A model generated the notes under the pieces. It did not search any database. It saw only the letters and a list, made by a program, of their open reading frames with translations, and was not told the DNA's origin. This document shows, piece after piece, positions 27,309 to 35,403 of a stretch of 64,000 bases of DNA. The stretch is from Pseudomonadota bacterium. Its GTDB lineage: Bacteria > Desulfobacterota > Binatia > UBA9968. The stretch is taken from assembly GCA_021324155.1 (NCBI GenBank), contig JAJPJQ010000037.1:36427-100426 (forward strand), given 5' to 3'. Numbering within the stretch: the stretch's first letter is position 1; each line of letters opens with the position of its first letter. The position numbers were made by a program, and so were the translations under genes.

Positions 27309-28943
27309 TTATTTCTCGAAGGCGCCGATGTCGCACGCAGCGCCCTGCGGGCGTGCGATTCCGCGCTGATCCTCGGAAGGACAATCAGGGCCTACAGGCG
27401 CTGCGTCGATCGCCGGACTGCCGGGCACAAGCGCGTGTGTGGGCGTCGGTCCGCCGTTGTCGGCGAGGGGGCCGAGAATTTTCGTGATGGTCGTTCCCGT
27501 CGGAGGGATAATGTCGGACGCTCCAGGTGTGAAGCCGATCACCCCGGCATTACCGTTAGTGCCGAACAAGTTGTGATTGTCGACGGTGATCCCAGTGCCA
27601 TTATGCTTAACTTCCGCAGCTGAGCCCTTGTTGCCTGATACGAGCGTCCGCTTAATGGTCATATCGCCGCGATTATAGACCCCGCCGGCGATCTTTCCCT
27701 TATTGCCCGTAATCGTGCTGTTACTTAGAGTTAAAGACGCGCCATAAATACCTCCCGCATATTTCGCGCTGTTACCTGAGATCGTGCTGTTTTCGATAAC
27801 ACCCGGGGCAGCTCCACTTGAGATCCCGCCGCCGCCAGGCCCTGCTTTGTTCGCTATCACTGTACTGTTCTCGACCGTCAGAGTGCAATTGAAGCTCTGG
27901 ATGCCACCACCATCAAAATGAGCCGAGTTCGATGAAATAATACTGTTACTTATGTTAGTGGTGCAGTACGGTTCGTGATAATTGAAAGCGTTAGCTAATA
28001 CGCCGCCGCCGTGTTCAGCAGCGATGTTTTTCGATATCGTTGTGTTATCGACCTCAAGCAGGCCGTTGTTATACAAAGCGCCGCGATTTGCTCGATTTCC
28101 GCTCACCGAACTGTGTTGAACTGACGCTGTACCGTCCTCATGATTGAAAATCGCCGAACCGAGTCTGGCTAGATTCCCCGAAAGCACGCTGTTTTCGATC
28201 GTGACATCGCCGCGGTTATAGATGCCTCCACCATAATTGGCTATGTTGATATTGATTGTGCTGTCTTCAATCGTCACGGCGCCATAATTAAGAATCGCTC
28301 CGCCTTTAACTTGAGCGCCGCCGCTCAGAGTAATGTGATCTAAGGTCAGATCACCCGAGGTCGTGACGGTAATAAGACGAATCGGAGTCTTGCTCTTCTT
28401 CACGGTAATTCGCGCGCCGTTGCCCTGAATGATGATTTGACTCGTTATCACCGGCAGGCGCGAGCCATATACCGTATCGTAAATCCCGGTCACGGCGTGA
28501 ACGCTTGCGGCAGGAAGCGCTATGGTATCTGTTCCGCTCCCCGGCAAACAGTCCGCATGTGTCGCCGCGTCGTTGTTCGCATTGATGATCGCCTCCACGA
28601 GCGAGCAGAGACCGTCACCGGCGATCTTCGGAATGTTCGTGTTGACGGTGATCGTCGCCGCCGGAGCCGCTTGCGCGAGCGCGAGTAGCAGCGCCGCGCC
28701 CGCGATGGACGCGGCGAGCCTTTGTGTGGCGGCGGCAGAAACATTGAGGCCGCATGAGCACGCGAGCTTTCGCTGCAGCGCACGGCGCGCGCCGCGCGGC
28801 AGGGATCTAATTTTGGCGTACGCGGCGGCGAAGCGCGGAAAAATCTCTTGCTCGCCGCCCAACGGCGGCGCATGCCGGACGGATTCCCACGCTGCGAGAA
28901 GATTGTCGTCTACCGGGAAAGAGAGCGGTTGAGAATAATACAC
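27309..28943 (-). CDS. CSLREA / choice-of-anchor-Q-type parallel beta-helix repeat protein, paralog P5 (first gene of the array, GTG start)
   Basis: N-domain (AAWES...FPRFAAAYAKIRSLPRGARRALQRKL); TM-like LAASIAGAALLLALAQAAPAAT; CSLVEAIINAN. C-terminal LADNGGPTPTHALVPGSPAIDAAP...CDIGAFEK*. GGAGG RBS 7 nt upstream of GTG. Confidence 0.7.
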   Translation of the reverse strand: MYYSQPLSFPVDDNLLAAWESVRHAPPLGGEQEIFPRFAAAYAKIRSLPRGARRALQRKLACSCGLNVSAAATQRLAASIAGAALLLALAQAAPAATITVNTNIPKIAGDGLCSLVEAIINANNDAATHADCLPGSGTDTIALPAASVHAVTGIYDTVYGSRLPVITSQIIIQGNGARITVKKSKTPIRLITVTTSGDLTLDHITLSGGAQVKGGAILNYGAVTIEDSTININIANYGGGIYNRGDVTIENSVLSGNLARLGSAIFNHEDGTASVQHSSVSGNRANRGALYNNGLLEVDNTTISKNIAAEHGGGVLANAFNYHEPYCTTNISNSIISSNSAHFDGGGIQSFNCTLTVENSTVIANKAGPGGGGISSGAAPGVIENSTISGNSAKYAGGIYGASLTLSNSTITGNKGKIAGGVYNRGDMTIKRTLVSGNKGSAAEVKHNGTGITVDNHNLFGTNGNAGVIGFTPGASDIIPPTGTTITKILGPLADNGGPTPTHALVPGSPAIDAAPVGPDCPSEDQRGIARPQGAACDIGAFEK

Positions 28944-28980
28944 GCGCAGCCTCCACGGTTTAGAGTCGCCAAATCGACCC

Positions 28981-29010
28981 TATATAGCAAAGGCTAACGT
29001 GAAGAGTCAA
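28981..29010 (-). promoter_or_regulatory. Putative sigma70-like promoter of the beta-helix array (minus strand: TTGACT-N18-TATATA)
   Basis: Plus-strand agtcaa at 29005-29010 and tatata at 28981-28986 read as TTGACT-N18-TATATA on the minus strand. This sits about 38 nt upstream of the P5 GTG. Confidence 0.35.
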
Positions 29011-29044
29011 ATTACGAATAGGTGAAATGGCAGGCGTGTACCAA

Positions 29045-29995
29045 TCAGTTTTTGAGCAGGATTTTGCGCGCGCCGCGTTGCCCCGCACGCCTTACGCCGG
29101 CGACGCCGTCGGTAAGGCAGTAAATCTTCTCGATCATCGGCGTTACGGAGATCTTTTTCCGCGCCAGCGCTTCCAGCGCCGGCGGGAAGACGCCGCAGCG
29201 CGAGCCAACAACGGTAATCTCGTTGATGACGAGCGGCGCGAGAGAGAGGTTGTGCGCGCCGGCGACGGTGCTCTTGAGCACGAGCGTGCCGCGCGGACGC
29301 ATGGCGGCCAGCGCGGCCTCTAGGCCTAAGGTCGATCCGGTCGCCTCGACGACGATGTCGAACAATTTGGCCTTCCAGTCGGCGAGCAAAACCGTGCGCA
29401 CGCCGGCGCCCTTCGCCAGCTTAAGCTTATCGGCGTGTTTTCCCACGAGCGTCACGCGCGCACCGGTGACGCTGAGCACCTGGGCGCAGAGAATGCCCAG
29501 CTTCCCGTCGCCCAGGACCAGAACCTCGCGCGTGAAGTCTACTTCGACCTGCTCCAATATCTCGAATGCCGCGGCCAGCGGCTCGGCGAAGACCGCCTCT
29601 TCGTCCGAAATAGTTTCCGGGACGGGATGTAAATTGCGCGCGGGGATCGCCAGCAGCTCCGCGAAGCACCCGTCGGCGTTGAGAATCCCCATGACGCGCC
29701 GCTTGGCGCAATGGCGCGCGAGGCCGCGCCGGCATGATTCGCAGAAGCCGCAGCCGAAATTGATCTCGCCGACGACGCGCTTGCCCGAGAGCGCGGGCGC
29801 GCCTTTAACGACCTCGCCGACGAATTCATGGCCGGGAACGCCGCGAAAGCCCATGTAGCCTTGGAAAATCTGCAGGTCGGTCGAGCAGATGCCCGCGAGC
29901 CGAACGCGCACGACGGCTTCGCCGCCCGTCGTCTTGGGCTCGGGATGATTTTCTCGGAACTTGAGGTCGCCGCCGTCCCAGTAGAGCGCTCTCAT
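29045..29995 (-). CDS. Zinc-dependent alcohol dehydrogenase (MDR superfamily)
   Basis: Catalytic Zn motif GHEFVGEV, structural Zn Cys cluster (CGFCESCRRGLARHC), Rossmann region (LVLGDGKLG). Confidence 0.8.
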   Translation of the reverse strand: MRALYWDGGDLKFRENHPEPKTTGGEAVVRVRLAGICSTDLQIFQGYMGFRGVPGHEFVGEVVKGAPALSGKRVVGEINFGCGFCESCRRGLARHCAKRRVMGILNADGCFAELLAIPARNLHPVPETISDEEAVFAEPLAAAFEILEQVEVDFTREVLVLGDGKLGILCAQVLSVTGARVTLVGKHADKLKLAKGAGVRTVLLADWKAKLFDIVVEATGSTLGLEAALAAMRPRGTLVLKSTVAGAHNLSLAPLVINEITVVGSRCGVFPPALEALARKKISVTPMIEKIYCLTDGVAGVRRAGQRGARKILLKN

Positions 29996-29996
29996 G

Positions 29997-30845
29997 TTAC
30001 GAGCGCGACCATTTGGTTCGGAGCCGCGGCAGCTCTTCGCCGTCGACGGTGATCACCGCCTCGCGCTCCTGGAAGAAGCAGACGAGGTCTTTGATCTTCG
30101 GACATTCTGGAATGGTATCGCGATAGCTCCAGGCAAGGTCGGGAAAAATTTGGCCGCCGGCTTTAACGGACCAATACGACGCGATGCCTTTGTACGGGCA
30201 GCGCGAGGCGGTATCGCTCACGATCAATAACTCGCGGCGGATGTCGTCGAGCGGAATATAGTAGCGCACCGGATGGCCGGTCTCGAAGACAAGCGTCGGC
30301 CGGCGCGTGTCGGCGACCGTCTCGCCGGCGACGGAGATTTGCACGCGGCGCGCGCTCCGGATCGCGTCGACACGTTTGTAGGGATCGCGCGCATGGACGA
30401 AAATCTCCTCGTCTTCTTCGTACCAGCCGTCCATCGCGCTCCACTCGAAGGCGAAATGATTCTTGATCGCCGCGCACGCCGGCGGCGGATCGGCATAGCT
30501 CCACGCCGCGTTTTCGGCGGTCTTCGAATTCGCCCGCAGCGTCCAATGCACCGCCTCGCCTTTATGCTCGTCGGGTGTCCGGCGCCCGGACGGCCGCATG
30601 AATTCCATGCGCACATCTTGTTGCGGGAAATAGTAGACTGGAAGACATTTCGCTTCGCGGAGCAGCACCGCGCGCTTGCTGTCGGCGAACGTCTCGCCGG
30701 CGAAGACGACGCGCACGCGCCGCGGGCTTACCTCGGCATGGATCCAGTGGCCGGAGGCATCCTGGGCTTTCGGCCACTCGGGGACGAGCGAATCCACGGA
30801 CACGGTATCGAGGATTTTCGCGCGCTCCGCCATAAAATCCTTCAC
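29997..30845 (-). CDS. Tandem DUF427 domain protein
   Basis: Two repeated modules (RVRVVFAGETFADSKRAVLL...YYFP; RVQISVAGETVADTRRPTLVFE...YYIP) typical of DUF427. Confidence 0.6.
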   Translation of the reverse strand: MKDFMAERAKILDTVSVDSLVPEWPKAQDASGHWIHAEVSPRRVRVVFAGETFADSKRAVLLREAKCLPVYYFPQQDVRMEFMRPSGRRTPDEHKGEAVHWTLRANSKTAENAAWSYADPPPACAAIKNHFAFEWSAMDGWYEEDEEIFVHARDPYKRVDAIRSARRVQISVAGETVADTRRPTLVFETGHPVRYYIPLDDIRRELLIVSDTASRCPYKGIASYWSVKAGGQIFPDLAWSYRDTIPECPKIKDLVCFFQEREAVITVDGEELPRLRTKWSRS

Positions 30846-30891
30846 TACAGGAGCGCTGGGGAAAAATCTAGCGGGCCGGCGTTCCGGACAA

Positions 30892-33111
30892 TCACGCGCC
30901 GCGGAGCGCCGTCAATATCTTCTCCGCCGTGATCGGCAGCGAGTTGATGCGCACGCCGATCGCGTCCTCGACTGCATTCGCGATCGCCGCCGCTACGGGA
31001 ATATTCGACGTCTCGCCGATCGGCATGCTGTTATAAGGACCGGCGCCCTTCGGCTTCTCGACGATCGCCGTCTTGAACTCGGGGACATCCTTGACCGTGG
31101 GAATTTTGTAATCGCCGAAGTGCGCGGTCGTCACCTTGCCGTCGGAGATCATCAGATGCTCCATCAGGCCGTAGCCGATGCCCATCATCGCGGCGCCCTC
31201 GATCTGCCCCTGGTGCATGAGCGGATTGATCACGGTGCCGGTGTTGTGCGCCGTCGTGAACTTCCGGAGCTTCACCTGCCCAGTCTCGGGGTCGACTTCG
31301 ACTTCCGCGACCTGCGCGCACATCGACGCTTCGTGGATCTTCGATGTGTCGCTATAGGTCGCCTCGACGGCGATTGCGCCGCCGTTTGTTTTCGCCAACT
31401 CGGCGTAGCTCACGCGCTTGCCGCCGCGCTTCGCCTGCGCGGCGCCGTCGGCGAGGATAATTTCGTCCGCGCCGACGCCGAGGCGAGACGCCGCGGCCTG
31501 CTTCAGCGCGTCGGCCGCCTTCATCACCGCTTGATAGCCGGCGTTGCCGTAGACGCGCGTCGCGCGGCTGGCACCGACGCCGGTGTCGGGCTTGCCGGTT
31601 TTGGTGTCGAGCGTGTCGGTCTTGATCTGGCTCAGCGGGATTTGCAGCTCTTCGCCGACGATCTCGCACAGCAGCGTGTACGTTCCGGCGCCCTGATCGA
31701 GCATCGCCGAGGAGATCGTGACGACGCCGTCCTGGTCGATCTTGATACCGACGGTACCTGAGCCGCCGTTCGGCGTCCATTGCACGAGCGCGACGCCGCG
31801 TCCGACGTTCTTCGCCTTGGCTTTGTTGTAGCCCGCTTCCTTTAGCGCGAGGTCGAGCGTCTCGTCGGTCTTGATATAGGAGATTTTCTCACCCGTGGGG
31901 TCGGTGTCGCCGTCATGCATGAGATTTTTGCGGCGGAAGGCGATCCGGTCCATGCCGAGCTTTTTCGCGACGAGGTCCATCTGGCTCTCGTTGGCGAAAA
32001 ATCCCTGCGGGTCGCCGGGCGCGCGCATGTGTCCGCATGGAATCTTGTTGGTGTAGACCATGTGCTCTTCGATGAAGACGTTCGGAATGTTGTACGGGCC
32101 GGCGGATGCGTGCGGACCGTTCAGGTAGGCGTTCGGCTTGAACGCGCCGTATGCGCCGCTGTCGAAGACGAAGTCCATGTGGTGCGCGACGATCTTGCCG
32201 TCTTTTTTGACGCCGGTCTTGACGCGCACGACGGAGGCATGGCGCGGATTGCCGGCGACGAACTCCTCGTCGTAATCCATCACGAGCTTCACCGGCCGGC
32301 CGGCCTTCTTCGACATGACGTAGACGAGCGCCACGTCCATGAAATCGCCCTTGCCGCCGAAGTCGCCGCCGATGTAGCACGGATGGACGACGAGCTTCTC
32401 CGGGCTGAGCTTCAGCGCGTTCGCGACCTGCTCGCGGATCGCGTACGGCACCTTGCTGCACGCCCAGATCTCCGCCGAGCCGTCCGCCGCCGTGCTGACG
32501 ACACACGAATGCGGTTCGATGTACGCGTGGTGCACCTGGTTGGTGTAAAAGGTATTCTCGACGACGATATCCGCCTGCCGGAAGCCATCCTCGACTTCGC
32601 CCTTCTTCCACGTGACGTAGATGAAATCGTTCGACGGTGCGTCGAGCTTTTTGGGGAGACCTTTATAGCCTTGCACGTCGGGATGGAGAATCGGCGCCGA
32701 GGGCTCCATCGCCTTGAGCGGATCGAGCACCGGGTCCATCTCCTCGTATTCAACGTCGATGAGGCCGGCCGCCTCTTCAGCGATGTCCTCGGTGTCGGCG
32801 GCAACAGCGGCGACCTTCTCGCCGATGAACCGCACGACGCCGTCGGCGAGGATCGGCATATCGTAGAGCCTGCGCCCGATCCGCAAACCCGTCGTATCCT
32901 CGCCGGTCACGACGGCGCGCACGCCGGGAAGATTTTGCGCGCGGCTGGTATCGATGCGCTTGATGCGCGCGTAAGGAACCGGGCTGCGGAGAATTTTTCC
33001 CCAGAGCATGCCGGGAAGGACCACGTCGACCGCATACATCGCCTTGCCGGAGACTTTGTATTCGCCTTCGACGCGGGGCGTCGGATTGCCTACGACTTTT
33101 TTTCGCGCCAT
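30892..33111 (-). CDS. Molybdopterin-dependent hydroxylase large (MoCo-binding) subunit, xanthine dehydrogenase/aldehyde oxidase/CoxL family
   Basis: 739 aa; N-terminus MARKKVVGNPTPRVEGEYKVSGKAMYAVD is typical of XDH/CoxL large subunits. No FeS or FAD subunit genes in the window. Confidence 0.8.
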   Translation of the reverse strand: MARKKVVGNPTPRVEGEYKVSGKAMYAVDVVLPGMLWGKILRSPVPYARIKRIDTSRAQNLPGVRAVVTGEDTTGLRIGRRLYDMPILADGVVRFIGEKVAAVAADTEDIAEEAAGLIDVEYEEMDPVLDPLKAMEPSAPILHPDVQGYKGLPKKLDAPSNDFIYVTWKKGEVEDGFRQADIVVENTFYTNQVHHAYIEPHSCVVSTAADGSAEIWACSKVPYAIREQVANALKLSPEKLVVHPCYIGGDFGGKGDFMDVALVYVMSKKAGRPVKLVMDYDEEFVAGNPRHASVVRVKTGVKKDGKIVAHHMDFVFDSGAYGAFKPNAYLNGPHASAGPYNIPNVFIEEHMVYTNKIPCGHMRAPGDPQGFFANESQMDLVAKKLGMDRIAFRRKNLMHDGDTDPTGEKISYIKTDETLDLALKEAGYNKAKAKNVGRGVALVQWTPNGGSGTVGIKIDQDGVVTISSAMLDQGAGTYTLLCEIVGEELQIPLSQIKTDTLDTKTGKPDTGVGASRATRVYGNAGYQAVMKAADALKQAAASRLGVGADEIILADGAAQAKRGGKRVSYAELAKTNGGAIAVEATYSDTSKIHEASMCAQVAEVEVDPETGQVKLRKFTTAHNTGTVINPLMHQGQIEGAAMMGIGYGLMEHLMISDGKVTTAHFGDYKIPTVKDVPEFKTAIVEKPKGAGPYNSMPIGETSNIPVAAAIANAVEDAIGVRINSLPITAEKILTALRGA

Positions 33112-33136
33112 CGCCTCACCCTCTGTGAAAAGATAT

Positions 33137-33212
33137 TGGCTCCCCGGGAGGGACTCGAACCCCCGACCTAGTGATTAACAGTCACCCGCTCTACCGACTG
33201 AGCTACCGGGGA
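33137..33212 (-). tRNA. tRNA-Asn (anticodon GTT)
   Basis: Manual fold: 7-bp acceptor stem (UCCCCGG/CCGGGGA); D-arm GCUCAGUCGGUAGAGC; anticodon loop CUGUUAA (GUU); T-loop GGTTCGAGTCC; discriminator G plus encoded CCA. 76 nt. Confidence 0.85.
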
Positions 33213-33229
33213 ATATTTAGGTCTATATT

Positions 33230-33267
33230 CACTTGCGCATCCCGGAAGAACCCCCGGGGCGCAAGTG
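33230..33267. repeat. Perfect 9-bp inverted repeat (cacttgcgc / gcgcaagtg) with nested cccgg/ccggg stem; structured element between Mut7-C gene end and the tRNA-Asn 5' flank
   Basis: Seen directly at 33230-33238 and 33259-33267; the 20-nt loop contains a second short palindrome. Confidence 0.5.
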
Positions 33268-33322
33268 TCAATTTAATTAGCATACGCCCCGTGCAAATGC
33301 CACTTTCCGCATTAAAAAACCG

Positions 33323-33775
33323 CTATTTTCGCCCGAGCGACTCCAGCTCCGCCTGCATCCGCTCCTGATGCGTTGCCGGCCAATAGATGCGCCGACACGT
33401 CGCACAAAATGAGAATTTCTCCTGCGTCGCAAAGACATACGCTGGCACCTTGTCTTCGATCCCGCTTTTCGCGACCGATTGCAAAAGCGTATTGCATTCG
33501 GCGCAGCGCGTGAATGCGTCCTTCAGCGGATCCAGCCCGAACTCCTCGATTACTTGCTCCAACTGCTCGCGAAAGTGATCGCTCCGGATCATTAAATACG
33601 GCGGCGGATTTCGCTTCGCCACCGCGCGGTCGCGCGTGAGGATCAGCCTTTCCTGCTGCCGCGCCGCACGCAGGAGTCCGGCGCCGGAAAGCTCGGGGCC
33701 GTAGGCGACGTCCTGCCCCATAATCCTGAGCCAGCGCGCAAGGCGCCCCAGCATTTTGTCAGCGACAAAGCGCAT
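33323..33775 (-). CDS. Mut7-C RNase domain protein (PIN-like + Zn-ribbon)
   Basis: N-terminus MRFVADKMLGRLARWLRIMGQDV and C-terminal CxxC...CxxC (CAECN...CATCRRIYW) match the Mut7-C/DUF82 family. Confidence 0.65.
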   Translation of the reverse strand: MRFVADKMLGRLARWLRIMGQDVAYGPELSGAGLLRAARQQERLILTRDRAVAKRNPPPYLMIRSDHFREQLEQVIEEFGLDPLKDAFTRCAECNTLLQSVAKSGIEDKVPAYVFATQEKFSFCATCRRIYWPATHQERMQAELESLGRK

Positions 33776-33853
33776 ACGAGATTGAGATTATAATCACATT
33801 TCCGCGAATGCCATCCGTTCCAAAATCGTCTGGAGTGTGCAAGATTCAAGCGC

Positions 33854-34522
33854 ATGCAGCTAGTACACACGATCTTCGAGCCCGCCGGCGACGGGCCGCA
33901 TCCGACGATTTTCGCGCTTCACGGCTGGGGCGCCAACGCGCAGGACCTGCTCGGCCTCGCGCCTTATCTTGCGGGCGGACGCTTTCTCGTGATCTGCCCG
34001 CAGGGGCCGCTCGAGGTTCCGCTCGGAGCGCACGCCGTCGGTTACGGCTGGTTTCCGCTTACGACGGGAAGGCCACCGGACATGTCGGCGATCGTCTCCG
34101 CGCGCGACGAGCTGCGCGCCTTCCTCGACTCGGCGCTCGAGCGTTACCCGATCGATCGCAAAAAGGTGGTCGCGCTCGGCTTCAGCCAGGGCGGCGTGAT
34201 GGCCTACGGCCTCGCGCTTGCCGAGCCGGCGCGCTTCGCCGGTATGGCGGTGCTGAGCTCGTGGCTGCCGAAGGAATTGTTGAGCGCTTTTGCGCAAGGC
34301 GAATCGAAGCCGCTGCCGCCGATTCTTGTCCAGCACGGATCTCTCGACGAGCTTGTCGAGATCGGCCGCGCGCGCGATTCCATCGAGACGCTTCGCAGCC
34401 TGAAGGCGCAGGTCACCTATCGCGAATACGACATGGCGCACGAGATCAGCCCGAAGAGCCTCGGCGACTTGACGGCATGGCTCGAGGAGAAAGTTCTCTC
34501 GCCACTGATCGTCGCGCCGTAA
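33854..34522 (+). CDS. Alpha/beta hydrolase, phospholipase/carboxylesterase family
   Basis: GFSQGG nucleophile elbow (Ser), downstream Asp/His (QHGSLDELV...DMAHEI). About 220 aa, typical of this family. Confidence 0.7.
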   Translation: MQLVHTIFEPAGDGPHPTIFALHGWGANAQDLLGLAPYLAGGRFLVICPQGPLEVPLGAHAVGYGWFPLTTGRPPDMSAIVSARDELRAFLDSALERYPIDRKKVVALGFSQGGVMAYGLALAEPARFAGMAVLSSWLPKELLSAFAQGESKPLPPILVQHGSLDELVEIGRARDSIETLRSLKAQVTYREYDMAHEISPKSLGDLTAWLEEKVLSPLIVAP

Positions 34523-34533
34523 CGAGCAGCTTC

Positions 34534-35403
34534 ATGAAATTCGGCGTCATTTTTCCGCAGACCGAGATCGGCAGCGATCCCGCGGCGGTGCGCGATTACA
34601 GCCAGGCGGCCGAGAGCCTCGGCTACGAACATCTCGTCGTCTACGATCACGTGATCGGCGCTAACCCGGCGAGCCGTAAGGGATGGACGCCGCCGTACAC
34701 CCACATGGATAATTTTCATGAGCCATTCGTGCTCTTCGGCTACCTCGCCGCCGTGACCGGGAAGATCGAGCTTACGACGGGCATCGTCATCCTGCCGCAG
34801 CGGCAGACGGTGCTCGTCGCGAAGCAGGCGGCGGAAGTCGACGTGCTGAGCAACGGACGGTTGCGTCTCGGCGTCGGGATCGGCTGGAATCCGGTCGAGT
34901 ACGAGGCGCTGAGCGAGAATTTCAACGACCGCGGCAAGCGCTCGGAAGAGCAGATCGAGGTCTTGCGGCTGCTCTGGACGAAGGAGCTCGTGACCTTCAA
35001 AGGCCGTTGGCACACGATCACCGACGCGGGCATCAAGCCGCTGCCGGTGCAGCGGCCGATCCCGATCTGGTTCGGCGGCAACGCCGAGCGGGTGCTGAAA
35101 CGCGTCGGGCTTCTCGGCGACGGCTGGTTTCCGCTCGCGGAGCCCGGAGAGAAAGTGCGCGCGATGATCGAAAAAGTAAAAGGCTACGCCAAAGAAGCCG
35201 GGCGCGACCCGACGACGATCGGCATCGAAGGACGCGTCAGCGTCGCCGGCGGCGACCCGGATAAATGGCGCGCCGCGGTGTCGGCGTGGAAGGCGCTCGG
35301 GGCGACGCACCTGTCGGTGAATACGATGAAAGCGGGGTTATCAGGAGCCGCCGGGCACGTTGACGCGATTCGGCGATTCCGTGCCGCGATTGCCGGCCTG
35401 TAG
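34534..35403 (+). CDS. LLM class F420-dependent oxidoreductase (luciferase-like monooxygenase family)
   Basis: N-terminus MKFGVIFPQTEIGSDPAAVRDYSQAAESLGYEHLVVYDH is characteristic of the TIGR03619-type F420-dependent LLM family. Start set at 34534. Confidence 0.7.
   Translation: MKFGVIFPQTEIGSDPAAVRDYSQAAESLGYEHLVVYDHVIGANPASRKGWTPPYTHMDNFHEPFVLFGYLAAVTGKIELTTGIVILPQRQTVLVAKQAAEVDVLSNGRLRLGVGIGWNPVEYEALSENFNDRGKRSEEQIEVLRLLWTKELVTFKGRWHTITDAGIKPLPVQRPIPIWFGGNAERVLKRVGLLGDGWFPLAEPGEKVRAMIEKVKGYAKEAGRDPTTIGIEGRVSVAGGDPDKWRAAVSAWKALGATHLSVNTMKAGLSGAAGHVDAIRRFRAAIAGL

Noticed and set aside
33137-33775. tRNA-Asn as the attachment site of an integrated element
   Set aside because: There is no integrase/recombinase gene, no obvious direct repeat of the tRNA 3' end, and no compositional shift in the flanks. 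The flanking genes (Mo-hydroxylase, Mut7-C, esterase) look like ordinary chromosomal content.
35341-35403. 63-bp convergent overlap between the LLM oxidoreductase and aminopeptidase 3' ends, as evidence of mis-annotation
   Set aside because: Both proteins have family-typical lengths and C-termini. A 3' overlap of convergent genes is common in compact high-GC genomes. Noted but not treated as a feature.
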